Source of the DNA: Octopus sinensis
Lineage: Eukaryota
Assembly: GCF_006345805.1 (NCBI RefSeq)
Contig: NW_021832536.1
Span: 1-64,000 of the forward strand
Direction of reading: 5' to 3'
Length of the DNA stretch: 64,000 nucleotides
Shown here: piece after piece, positions 37,297-49,499 of the stretch
Position numbering within the stretch: position 1 is the stretch's first letter
How the letters are laid out: the number at the start of each line of letters is the position of its first letter
Program-made: the position numbers and the translations under genes
The notes under the pieces: generated by a model
What the model saw: only the letters and a program-made list of their open reading frames with translations
Database searches by the model: none
What the model was told of the DNA's origin: nothing

Positions 37297-40200
37297 ACCA
37301 ACACCAGTACTTTTATGTGGTACTATCACCAGTGCTTTTTATGTGGTACCAGCACCAGTATATTTTATGTAGTACCAGCACCAGTGCTTTTTATGTGGTG
37401 CCATCACCAAAGCTTTTTATGTGGTACCAGCACCAGTGCTTTTTATGTGGTACCAGCACCAAAGCTTTTTATGTGGTACCAGCACCAAAGATTTTTATGT
37501 GGTACCAGCATCAGTGCTTTTTATGTGGTACCAGCATCAGTGCTTTTTATGTGGTACCAGCATCAGTGCTTTTTATGTGGTACCAGCACCAGTGCTTTTT
37601 ATGTGGTACCAGCACCAGTGCTTTTTATGTGGTGCCAGCATCAGTGCTTTTTTATGTAGTACCAGCACCAGTACTTTTTTATGTAGTACCAGCACCAGTA
37701 CTTTTTTATGTAGTACCAGCACCAGTATATTTTTATGGTGTGGTACCAGCATCAGTGCTTTTTATGGGTACCAGCACCAGTGCTTTTTTATGTTGGTACT
37801 AGCACCAGTGCTTTTTATGTGGTACCAGCACCAGTGCTTTTATGTGGTACCAGCACCAGCTGTTTTATGTATGTACCAGCACCAGTACTTTTTTTTGTAT
37901 AGTACCAGCACCAGTGCTTTTTTATGTGGTACCAGCACCAATGCTTTTTATGTGGTACCAGCACCAGTGCTTTTTATGTAGTACCAGCACCAATGCTTTT
38001 ATATGTGGTACCAGCACCAGTGCTTTTTATGTGGTACCAGCACCAGTGCTTTTATGTGGTACCAGCACCAGTGCTTTTATGTGGTGCCAGCACCAGTGCT
38101 TTTCATGTGGTACCAGCACCAGTGCTTTTTATGTAGTACCAGCACCAATGCTTTTTATGTGGTACCAGCACCAGTGCTTTTTATGTGGTACCAGCACCAG
38201 TGCTTTTTATGTAGTACCAGCACCAATGCTTTTTTGTGGTACCAGCACCAGTGCTTTTTATGTGGTACCAGCACCAGTGCTTTTTATGTGGTACCAGCAC
38301 CAGTGCTTTTTATGTAGTACCAGCACCAATGCTTTTTATGTGGTACCAGCACCAGTGCTTTTTATGTGGTACCAGCACCAGTGCTTTTTATGTAGTACCA
38401 GCATCAGTGCTTTTTATGTGGTACCAGCACCAGTGCTTTTTATTGTGGACCAGCACCAGTGCTTTTTATGTAGTACCAGCACCAATGCTTTTTATGTGGT
38501 ACCAGCACCAGTGCTTTTTATGTGGTACCAGCACCAGTGCTTTTTATGTAGTACCAGCACCAATGCTTTTTATGTGGTACCAGCACCAGTGCTTTTTATG
38601 TGGTACCAGCACCAGTGCTTTTTATGTAGTACCAGCACCAATGCTTTTTATGTGGTACCAGCACCAGTGCTTTTTATGTGGTACCAGCACCAGTGCTTTT
38701 TATGTGGTACCAGCACCAGTGCTTTTTATGTAGTACCAGCACCAATGCTTTTTATGTGGTACCAGCACCAGTGCTTTTTATGTGGTACCAGCACCAGTGC
38801 TTTTTATGTGGTACCAGCATCAGTGCTTTTTATGTAGTACCAGCACCAATGCTTTTTATGTGGTACCAGCACCAGTGCTTTTTATGTGGTACCAGCACCA
38901 GTGCTTTTTATGTAGTACCAGCACCAATGCTTTTTATGTGGTACCAGCACCAGTGCTTTTTATGTGTACCAGCACCAGTGCTTTTTATGTAGTACAGCAC
39001 CAATGCTTTTTATGTGGTACCAGCACCAGTGCTTTTTATGTGGTACCAGCACCAGTGCTTTTTATGTAGTACCAGCACCAATGCTTTTTATGTGGTACCA
39101 GCACCAGTGCTTTTTATGTGGTACCAGCACCAGTGCTTTTTATGTAGTACCAGCACCAATGCTTTTTATGTGGTACCAGCACCAGTGCTTTTTATGTGGT
39201 ACCAGCACCAGTGCTTTTTATGTAGTACCAGCACCAATGCTTTTTATGTGGTACCAGCACCAGTGCTTTTTTATGTGGTACCAGCACCAGTGCTTTTTAT
39301 ATGTGGTACCAGCATCATCATGCTTTTTATGTAGTACCAGCACCAATGCTTTTTATGTGGTACCAGCACCAGTGCTTTTTATGTGGTACCAGCACCAGTG
39401 CTTTTTATGTAGTACCAGCACCAATGCTTTTTATGTGGTACCAGCACCAGTGCTTTTTATGTGGTACCAGCACCAGTGCTTTTTATGTGGTACCAGCACC
39501 AGTGCTTTTTATGTGGTACCAGCACCAGTGCTTTTTATGTAGTACCAGCACCAGTGCTTTTTATGTGGTACCAGCACCAGTGCTTTTTATGTGGTACCAG
39601 CACCAGTGCTTTTTATGTAGTACCAGCACCAATGCTTTTTATGTGGTACCAGCACCAGTGCTTTTTATGTAGTACCAGCACCAATGCTTTTTATGTGGTG
39701 CCAGCACCAGTGCTTTTTATGTGGTACCAGCATCAGTGCTTTTTATGTGGTACCAGCACCAGTGCTTTTTATGTGGTACCAGCACCAGTGCTTTTTATGT
39801 AGTACCAGCACCAGTGCTTTTTATGTGGTACCAGCACCAGTGCTTTTTACGTGGAACCAGCACTTTTTATGTGGTACCAGCACCAGTGCTTTTTATGTAG
39901 TACCAGCACCAGTGCTTTTTATGTGGTGCCAGCACCAGTGCTTTTTACGTGGAACCAGCACTTTTTATGTGGTACCAGCACCAGTGCTTTTTATGTGGTA
40001 CCAGCACCAGTGCTTTTTATGTGGTACCAGCACCAGTGCTTTTTATGTAGTACCAGCACCAGTGCTTTTTATGTGGTGCCAGCACCAGTGCTTTTTACGT
40101 GGAACCAGCACTTTTTATGTGGTACCAGCACCAGTGCTTTTTATGTAGTACCAGCACCAGTGCTTTTTATGTGGTGCCAGCACCAGTGCTTTTTACGTGG

Positions 40201-43080
40201 AACCAGCACTTTTTATGTGGTACCAGCACCAGTGCTTTCTATGTGGTACCAGCACCAGTGCTTTCTATGTGGTACCAGCACCAGTGCTTTTTATGTAGTA
40301 CCAGCACCAATGCTTTTTATGTGGTGCCAGCACCAGTGCTTTCTATGTGGTACCAGCACCAATGCTTTTTATGTGGTGCCAGCACCAGTGCTTTCTATGT
40401 GGTACCAGCACCAATGCTTTTTATGTGGTACCAGCACCAGTGCTTTTTATGTGGTACCAGCACCAGTGCTTTTTATGTGGTACCAGCACCAGTGCTTTTT
40501 ATGTGGTACTAGCACCAGTGCTTTTTATGTGGTACCAGCACCAGTGCTTTTTATGTGGTACCAGCACCAGTGCTTTTCATGTGGTACTAGCACCAGTGCT
40601 TTTTTATGTGGTACCAGCACCAGTGCTTTTTATGTAGTACCAGCACCAGTGCTTTTTATGTGGTACCAGCACCAGTGCTTTTTATGTGGTACCAGCACCA
40701 GTGCTTTTTATGTGGTACTAGCACCAGTGCTTTTTTATGTTGGTACCAGCACCAGTGTTTTTATGTGGTACCAGCACCAGTGCTTTTTATGTGGTACCAG
40801 CACCAGTGCTTTTTATGTGGTACCAGCACCAGTGCTTTTTATGTGGTACCAGCACCAGTGCTTTTTATGTGGTACCAGCACCAGTGCTTTTTATGGGGTA
40901 CCAGCACCAGTGCTTTTTATGTGGTACCAGCACCTGTGCTTTTTATGTGGTACTAGCACCTGTGCTTTTTATGTGGTACCAGCACCAATGCTTTTTATGT
41001 GGTACCAGCACCAATGCTTTTTATGTGGTACCAGCACCTGTGCTTTTTATGTGGTACTAGCACCTGTGCTTTTTATGTGGTACTAGCACCTGTGCTTTTT
41101 ATGTGGTACCAGCACCAATGCTTTTTATGTGGTACCAGCACCTGTGCTTTTTATGTGGTACTAGCACCTGTGCTTTTTATGTGGTACCAGCACCAATGCT
41201 TTTTATGTGGTACCAGCACCTGTGCTTTTTATGTGGTACCAGCACCAATGCTTTTTATGTGGTGCCAGCACCAGTGCTTTCTATGTGGTACCAGCACCAG
41301 TGCTTTTTATGTGGTACCAGCACCAATGCTTTTTATGTGGTACCAGCACCTGTGCTTTTTATGTGGTACCAGCACCAATGCTTTTTATGTGGTGCCAGCA
41401 CCAGTGCTTTCTATGTGGTACCAGCACCAGTGCTTTTTTATGTGGTACCAGCACCAGTGCTTTTTTATGTGGTACCAGCACCAGTGCTTTTTTATGTAGT
41501 ACCAGCACCAGTGCTTTTTATGTGGTACCAGCACCAGTGCTTTTTTATGTGGTACCAGCACCAGTGCTTTTTATGTGGTACCAGCACCAGTGCTTTTTTA
41601 TGTGGTACCAGCACCAGTGCTTTTTATGTAGTACCAGCACCAGTGCTTTTTTATGTAGTACCAGCACCAGTGCTTTTTATGTGGTACCAGCACCAGTACT
41701 TTTTATGAGGTACCAGCACCAGTGCTTTTTATGTAGTACCAGCACCAGTGCTTTTTATGTAGTACCAGCATCAGTGCTTTTTATGTGGTACCAGCACCAG
41801 TGCTTTTTTATGTGGTACCAGCACCAGTGCTTTTTATGTGGTACCAGCATCAGTACATTTTATGTAGTACCAGCATCAGTGCTTTTTATGTGGTACCAGC
41901 ACCAGTGCTTTTTATGTGGTACCAGCACCAGTGCTTTTTATGTAGTACCAGCACCAGTGCTTTTTATGTGGTACCAGCATCAGTGCTTTTTATGTGGTAC
42001 CAGCACCAATGCTTTTTATGTGGTACCAGCATCAGTGCTTTTTATGTGGTACCAGCATCAGTACATTTTATGTAGTACCAGCATCAGTGCTTTTTATGTG
42101 GTACCAGCATCAGTACATTTTATGTAGTACCAGCACCAGTGCTTTTTATGTGGTACCAGCACCAGTACTTTTTATGAGGTACCAGCACCAGTGCTTTTTA
42201 TGTAGTACCAGCACCAGTGCTTTTTATGTAGTACCAGCATCAGTGCTTTTTATGTGGTACCAGCACCAGTGCTTTTTATGTGGTACCAGCACCAGTGCTT
42301 TTTATGTGGTACCAGCATCAGTACATTTTATGTAGTACCAGCATCAGTGCTTTTTATGTGGTACCAGCACCAGTGCTTTTTATGTGGTACCAGCACCAGT
42401 GCTTTTTATGTAGTACCAGCACCAGTGCTTTTTATGTAGTACCAGCATCAGTGCTTTTTATGTGGTACCAGCATCAGTACATTTTATGTAGTACCAGCAT
42501 CAGTGCTTTTTATGTGGTACCAGCACCAGTGCTTTTTATGTGGTACCAGCACCAGTACTTTTTATGTAGTACCAGCACCAGTGCTTTTTATGTGGTACCA
42601 GCACCAGTGCTTTTTATGTGGTACCAGCACCAGTGCTTTTTATGTGGTACCAGCATCAGTGCTTTTTATGTGGTACCAGCACCAGTGCTTTTTATGTGGT
42701 ACCAGCATCAGTGCTTTTTATGTAGTACCAGCATCAGTGCTTTTTATGTGGTACCAGCACCAATGCTTTTTATGTGGTACCAGCATCAGTGCTATTTATG
42801 TGGTACCAGCACCAGTGCTTTTTATGTGGTACCAGCACCAGAGCTTTTTATGTGGTACCAGCACCAGTGCTTTTTATGTGGTACCAGCACCAGTGCTTTT
42901 TATGTAGTACCAGCATCAGTGCTTTTTATGTGGTACCAGCACCAATGCTTTTTATGTGGTACCAGCATCAGTGCTTTTTATGTGGTACCAGCATCAGTGC
43001 TATTTATGTGGTACCAGCACCAGTGCTTTTTATGTGGTACCAGCACCAGTGCTTTTTATGTGGTACCAGCATCAGTACTT
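37297..43080. repeat. 26-bp tandem array (TGCTTTTTATGTGGTACCAGCACCAG), roughly 220 units, in TSEN2 intron 1
   Basis: Direct reading; the 26-aa periodicity of the pseudo-ORFs equals three 26-nt units. Confidence 0.97.
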
Positions 43081-43350
43081 TTAAAGTTGAATTTCAGTGT
43101 CAACACCATTATAAAGTGTTGATGATATTGATGGCAAAGGCAGGGTTGACTTCATAACATTATAGGTCCCTGGGCGAAACAATGCACTGGAGCCCCTAGA
43201 TATACATAACAACAGCATACTTAGATTAGCATTGGAGACCTTCGACTAGTGGCATCGTGGGACAACTGCTTAATATACTCATAAATTAATCTGACACCTG
43301 GTGGGGTGAGATGGGGTATTCTGATGATGCATAATGATAATAATGACCTA

Positions 43351-43745
43351 GGCGCAGGAGTGGCTGTGTGGTAAGTGGCTTGTTTACCAACCGCATGGTT
43401 CCGGGTTCAGTCCCACTGCATGGCATCTTGGGCAAGTGTCTTCTACTATAGCCTTGGGCCGACCAGGGCCTTGTGAGTGGATTTGGTGGACGGAAACTGA
43501 AAGAAGCCCGTCGTATATATGTATATATATGTATGTGCGTGTATATTTGTGTGTCTGTGTTTGTCCCCCTAGCATTGCTTGACAACCGATGCTGGTGCGT
43601 TTATGTCCCCATCACTTAGCGGTTCGGCAAAAGAGACCGATAGAATAAGTACTGGGCTTACAGAGAATAAGTCCTGGGGTCGAGTTGCTCGATTAAAGGC
43701 GGTGCTCCAGCATGGCCGCAGTCAAAATGACTGAAACAAGTAAAA
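43351..43745 (+). mobile_element. SINE family A, full length
   Basis: Identity to other copies. Confidence 0.9.
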
Positions 43746-43808
43746 AAAAAAGAGGAAAGAGATAGTGATGATGATGATGATAAGACATCAGAAGTTGAAC
43801 CTACTAAC

Positions 43809-43988
43809 CTTTGTATATAAATCATAGGCATCCCCGGAATATTCCACGACCACATGATTGCCCCGAAGGGTTCCACTGTAGAAACCCATCTTCCTGGATT
43901 TATGAGCAAATGGTGTAAAACTGTGCTCTGTTTTTTGCCATTTCTTCTTCCTTGGAACAGGTATCTTTATTGCCATTGTCTGGGACAT
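43809..43988 (-). CDS. TSEN2: TSEN2 coding exon 1: MSQTMAIKIPVPRKKK...GNHVVVEYSGDAYDLYTK
   Basis: Acceptor just before the ATG implies an upstream non-coding exon; AAG|GTTAGT donor; 60 codons; alternative ATG at 43976. Confidence 0.88.
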
Positions 43989-44128
43989 TCTAATGATAAG
44001 AGAAAATAAAAAGAGAAGGATCTTTTATTATAAACACTAGCTTAAAAGCTGCAGTCCGTGCAGACCTTTCAGTTTGCTCCTGTGGAGGGCTAATTGGGCC
44101 TCCGGCCCAAAACTAAACAGAGCTACTA

Positions 44129-44180
44129 GAAGAAGAAGAAGAAGAAGAAGAAGAAGAAGAAGAAGAAGAAGAAGGAGGAG
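44129..44180. repeat. (GAA)n microsatellite
   Basis: Direct reading. Confidence 0.9.
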
Positions 44181-44189
44181 AATCCATTA

Positions 44190-44328
44190 GATTCACTTCA
44201 ACATTTAAATTTAATTTGTCAAAATATTTTCGTCGCTTTGAGACCGTGAAGTTTTGTCAGTGAACAGGTCGCGGTCTCAAAGCGACGAAAATATTTTGAC
44301 AAATTAAATTTAAATGTTGAAGTGAATC
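44190..44328. repeat. Hairpin: 57-bp perfect arms, 25-nt loop
   Basis: GATTCACTTC...GAGACCG pairs with CGGTCTC...GAAGTGAATC. Confidence 0.9.
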
Positions 44329-45102
44329 GAACGGCTTTTGTGTGTTTCTTAACCCTTTTGCTACTGTATTTATTTTGAGATGCTCCATGTTTCTTTCAAT
44401 TATTTTAAATATAACTAAAGATTTAGTAAAATGACTTAGTTATCATTAAGCTAGTGTTAGGAACGTAAATTGTGACTAAGGCTTGGTGGAATATTTTAAT
44501 TCAAAACCTAAGAAAACAAGACATTCGTACTACAGAGTCAGAGCCGGTTTTGGCCGGGTTGGCTTACAAACACCTTCCACGCTGCAAACATACAAACTTT
44601 AATAACAAATTCTTACAAGGACCCACCACACCACACACGCCAAGAACCATACATGGACCTTTATTGAGAATAACTGCCTACACTCTCAAGTGTAGTTTTA
44701 AAGCTATGGCAGAATTTGAATGCAAATAGCCAGAAAAGAAACCGTAAGGGACCTGACCAGACGTTCTTATAATTCTGCCATTCCACCTGCATCGATACAT
44801 TTCATCGATCGCGATGGATGTAAAAGCAAAGTTGATCATGGTTGTATTTTAACTTAGAACGCAGTTATAATCCTTTCTGCTCTAGGCACAAAGCCTGAAA
44901 TTTAGTGCAGCAAGATAGTCGATCACATCGACCCCAGTGCGTAACTGGTACTTATTTTATCGACCTCGAAAGGATGAAAGGCAAAGTCGACCTCGGTGGA
45001 AGAGAACGCAGTTATAAAATCATTATGAAATTAATAAATTTGATAAGTACAAATGTTTCCATTAATTACTTATTTAAAACAAATATTTGCATCACAACAA
45101 AC

Positions 45103-45536
45103 AGAGTACAGTGGTCCCGGTGCGCGCACTCGCGCTAGCTAGTCGTGACTAGTCGACCCTACGACTACCTAGCCAAGTAAATAACTTTTTTACACAAAGT
45201 AAATAATTTTGGGACGTAACTTCGGTATAGGTACCGGATACATTTCAAGAAAGTGTTTTTTTTTATATATATGGGGGGTTAGGGTTTGTGTTAGGGGTAG
45301 GAAAAAAGGGTTTTTGTTATCTTCAGAAATGTAAACAAAGCTACTTCCGGTACCTATACCGAAGGATCGCCAATTTTTGTTAAACAAAGTAAATAAAACA
45401 CAAAGTAAATAATTTTTTAAAACAAAGTAAATAACACACAAAAACACAAAGTAAGGATCGACTAGTCATGACTAGCTAGCGCGGATGCGCTAGTACGCGA
45501 GTGCGCGCACCGGGACCACTATTCTCAAGTAGTACC
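45103..45536. mobile_element. MITE of the 17.1 kb family with an internal inverted-repeat segment (about 45211-45372)
   Basis: Outer TIR GTGGTCCCGGTGCGCGCACTCGCG; inner IR CTTCGGTATAGGTACCGGA / TCCGGTACCTATACCGAAG. Confidence 0.85.
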
Positions 45537-46018
45537 GAGTAATGTTCATAAAACACAACAAAATAAAAAAAGGGCAATCTTTCGTTTGTAGTAGCACGTT
45601 TAGATTGCCAAAAAAAGAAACTGACGAAACATAAACAAAGGAGAACCTGGCAGGTTTGTGTTTTGAAACTGATTCTCTCCCACGTGTTTCTGATTATGTG
45701 TATTGTCCCTGGAAACTAACGGAGTTTCGTGTCAGCAAAACATAGTAAAAAATGTATAAACTACTACTGGTTGATTTGATGTAGGGCGAGAGGAGAAACG
45801 AGTTCTGGGATTCAAATTAGGATTTTTTTTAAAGAAAATTGTAGGGAATCTTCCTTGAGAACGTTTTTGCTTATCACCGGTTACAAGCAGAGCCACTTGA
45901 AATGAACGGGCAATATTTTCGTATAATTTTAATTAAGCGGTTCTTCTTTTAATCAAACTTTTCTTGTTTGTTTCAGAAATGGAAACTTTATTTTTTTTTT
46001 TTCAGGAAATAAAGATGA

Positions 46019-46448
46019 AGATCTTTTCGGTTTGAACGGCAGTTTTTAACATAATTTCCACGTAACTATACACTTTTAAACTTCGTATACTGGTAGAATG
46101 TGTTTATAAAACATCTTTTTCTCTTGGCTTTATTGAGAAAATTTTATAGTTTGTAAGATATTAGTTGTTGTTTTTCTTCAATTTCTGCAATTTCAACCAA
46201 TCAATGACGTCTACTGAGGTAAAAAAACATTCTGTGCCATATGAATATGTCCCTCGTTTAAGAAACAGATTGGGTTTATTTACATTTCTGAAGGAAAAAA
46301 GATACCCTTTCCCCCACCCCTAACCCTAACTCTAACCCTAACCCTAAAACAGATTGAAATGCAATAGATCGATACTAAGGTTATAATTATGGGTGACAAT
46401 TTCATATGACACCGCTAGAAAAAGCTGTCGTTCAAACCGAAAAGATCT
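46019..46448. mobile_element. MITE of the 21.1 kb family with internal (CCCTAA)n
   Basis: TIRs and internal identity with 21095-21504. Confidence 0.85.
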
Positions 46449-47669
46449 AAAGATGATATGAATCGAAAGGTATTTCTGATAAAAAATTTGAAGTATATTC
46501 TTTTAAATTTTTTCCTTAACAAAATATTATAATAATGATAAAGAAAAGTAAGGAGGGAAAAATATATGGATTAATAACTAAGACGCATTTTCAGCTGTTT
46601 TCTTCCATTATTATTAACTTTTTTGTATTAATTAATAAAAAAATCGGTTTCGCACTAGGGGTACAACGAAGTATTCGGTAACAATCCGATTATACAACCC
46701 TACACTCATTAGAGGTAGCCGATATGGAATGAAATACGGTGACTGCTCTCTAATGGTGGAGGTGAAAGGACACATCTGGTTTGCTGTTGCTGTTTGTTTG
46801 TTGAGCAAAGCGGTCTTCGTCCCATTAGTGAGAGAAGTCCAAAACGTGGTCCTTTGCTATTCGTAAGACCCGCAGAAGAGAAAGCAGGTCAACCCCCGAC
46901 ACCGAGAGCATCGACGGATGGATGAATGCGCATCCAGGCCCAGCGGTTGCATAGGAAGTCGGGGACAAGAAGCAGGAAGAAAGAGTAAGAGAAAATTGGA
47001 GCGAAAGAGTACAACAGGGGTCGCCGCCACCCCCTGCTGAAGCCTCGTGGAGCTTTAGGTGTTTCCGCTCAATAAACACACACAACGCCCGGTCTGGGAA
47101 TCGAAACCGCGATCCTCCGACAGCGAGTCCGCTGCCCTAACCACTGGGCCATTGCGCCTCCACTGCTGTTGCTGTGAAAAGGTGATGAAACGAACCGGGT
47201 AGGGATTTAGTTAAGAGTTATATCTCTTTATACCGAGACATCACCACTGGGTTGGCCACGCTGTAAGTCGGGAAGAGCTATCTTTCAGTGTTTGTGGGAA
47301 TTGTGTGCGTTTTTCAGTTTGGTGATCATCATCATCATCATTGTTCGACCGTGGTCGAGACAATGGAATTTACTATGTTACGCCAGACCTCACGGTCCAT
47401 CATAGCATTACGGAGGTCCTGTTGCTGGGTGCTTGTATCCCTGGAGATTACATCAGGGTAGCATGTAATATATATAAGTTACTATTTCTTTACTACCCAT
47501 AAGGGGCTAAACACAGAGGGGACAAACGGATTAAGTCGATTATATCGACCCCAGTGCGTAACTGGGACTCAATTTATCGACCCCGAAAGGATGAAAGGCA
47601 AAGTCGACCTCGGCGGAATTTGAACTCAGAACGTAACCGCAGACGAAATACTAAGCATTTCGCCCGGTG

Positions 47670-48275
47670 AAGTTACATAAGGACGGTTTATAGGATCACG
47701 TTAGGTTTCACGTCCGCAAAGGGCTTAGCTTTATGGCATATCTTCAGATCTCAAAACCTATTAGCTAAAGGCCTCTGTAGCGAGGGGAAAGAAGATTCAT
47801 CACGTCATTTGTCAGCCATGTATGCCAGCTGATAGATGACGGGATTCCATACACAACATCCCGGAGAAACCTAGAATATCCATGCCCCTACATTACCGGG
47901 ACCAATCGCTGTAAATTATGCATAGCAGAAGGGGCGAGGAGCCTAAATGACTCTCTCGACCCAAGGAACATCTTGAACTCCGGAACGGAGGTCTTCGGAC
48001 CGTGCTTACATTTCAAGAAATTCCTGCTAGCCTATTGGAACCCACGGGATAACAGGGTCGCCGGCGATCGATAGCCAAAGGGATACAATCCCCTTTGTTG
48101 ACATCGGTGATCGACAGCCAAGAGGAGACCATCTTCTTTGTTGACGGGGTCCCTTCCTCCTCTGTACTCCAGAGAGGCCTTTAGCCAAAAGGTTTTGGGA
48201 TCTGATGATGCACCATAAAGCGAAGCGCTTTATGGATGTGAAACCTAAGGTAATCTCATAAACTGGCCTCATATA
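47670..48275 (+). mobile_element. Penelope-like element 3' fragment with inverted pseudo-LTRs
   Basis: 47802-48074 reads TSFVSHVCQLIDDGIPY...PYITGTNRCKLCIAE...LNSGTEVFGPCLHFKKFLL, resembling the C-terminal region of PLE GIY-YIG ORFs; about 100-bp degenerate inverted repeats at both ends. Confidence 0.75.
48196..48258 (+). ncRNA. Type I hammerhead ribozyme motif with all three stems
   Basis: TGGGAT CTGATGA T GCACCATAAAGCG-AAG-CGCTTTATGGATGT GAA ACC-TAA-GGT A ATCTCA; predicted GUA cleavage after 48252. Confidence 0.7.
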
Positions 48276-48323
48276 TACCGCTCTATAACTTAGAGTGACC
48301 TTCTTTTTTCGGATTTTCCGATA

Positions 48324-48721
48324 TCTTTATATATAAAAGTGAGGTTGTGTGCTGTCTGTCTCCTACGATTTAGATTCCTAACTACTCCCACATTTTGCGG
48401 TGCAGTGTAACCAAAAGCGGGTATCTTATAGTCGTGATTCATATCGAGCCCTTCTGGGTATTAGCGCGCGTCTACGATGAGTCTACGATTTAAAAAAAGA
48501 TTTACCATCATTTTTCCCATTTTAATGCATTTTTTTGCAATTATATAAGGGAAGTAACTCTCTAAAAATGTATTATTAAATCTCAGAACGTAAAAAGCTA
48601 CAGTAACACCCCCCCCTTTGTGGTTAGCCATATTGAGATGGCTATTATACTTTACATCTCTAAAAATGCTTATATAGTTAGTTCCCTTACAAACCCGAGC
48701 AACGCCAGGCGATACTGCTAG
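48324..48721 (+). mobile_element. Non-autonomous Helitron
   Basis: A|TC 5' end, subterminal hairpin CCCGAGCAACGCCAGG, CTAG|T 3' end. Confidence 0.75.
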
Positions 48722-48822
48722 TATATATATATTATATATATATATATATATATATGTAATTAACAGAATGATATAAAAAATTCAAGGCTGTGAATAGTTT
48801 TCAGAACAGTTATAAAGAGAAA

Positions 48823-48872
48823 GTCTTACAGCTGTTTTTCCAGGATATTTTATACATCCCTTCATCAGAGAC
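48823..48872 (-). ncRNA. Degenerate hammerhead motif
   Basis: GTCT CTGATGA AGGGAT...ATCCTG GAAAAA CAGCTG TA AGAC; two extra A in the core. Confidence 0.45.
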
Positions 48873-49499
48873 GGTGTGAGAAAATACTGTAGCTCGTCTA
48901 TTTCGTCGGGCTGCAGTTGTGCATCATCCGCAGATCGAGGTCAAGGATGTGGTATTTGGAATTTTGGGATGCTGCTTGATTCTCGCAGCGTATTAACTAC
49001 CAGCTTGGACCGTGTAGTCGTGGAAAGTCTAACCGTCGCATTCTATACAGGGTTACAGCAGAAAATTATGACAAACAATTTTAGAGTGTCAAGGACAATT
49101 TGAATAGTTTCCTGGCTGGAGATTATGGGTCATTCCAAGTTAGTGGTCCCAGAAAGGTCATCGTGTGAAAAGTCGACCAGGTCCACCTTGGCATGCATGA
49201 AGTGGATTCGATCCACCACAGCCAAATTTAAATTAACTCTGCAACAGAACTTTTCCCACGGTGGAACAATGGTTTTTCTCTGACAGCAGTTTTACATTTT
49301 CCAGATGCCTTTAGCTAGGTCGAAATAATGTCTACACCACTTGACCCTTTCTAACCTCTTCTACTTCACCAAAAGATAGAATAGAGATAACAAGACCACC
49401 AACTAAATCTATTGTTCTCAATGATATATCTATCCTTCTGGCTTATATATCTATATATTTATCCTTCATGCATGGAAGATTCACTACATATACATATAT

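Noticed and set aside
37144-37329. Longer TSEN2 exon 2 suggested by ORF 37021-37329
   Set aside because: Exon 1 ends in phase 0 and homology resumes exactly at GCFGKG (37143)
37297-43080. CRISPR array
   Set aside because: Contiguous 26-bp units with no unique spacers, no cas genes and a eukaryotic intronic context
37267-43157. Long repeat-protein ORFs (MWYQHQCFLCGTSTSAFYVVPAPVLF)
   Set aside because: The unit has no stop on the plus strand, so all three frames give the same peptide; frameshifted by T-run changes and antisense to TSEN2
21588-43988. Autoregulation by TSEN cleaving tRNA-derived SINEs in its own introns
   Set aside because: SINE density is no higher than elsewhere in the window and no bulge-helix-bulge or intact tRNA fold was seen
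46311-46347. Chromosome end or fusion scar
   Set aside because: Only a few units, internal to a MITE with intact TIRs
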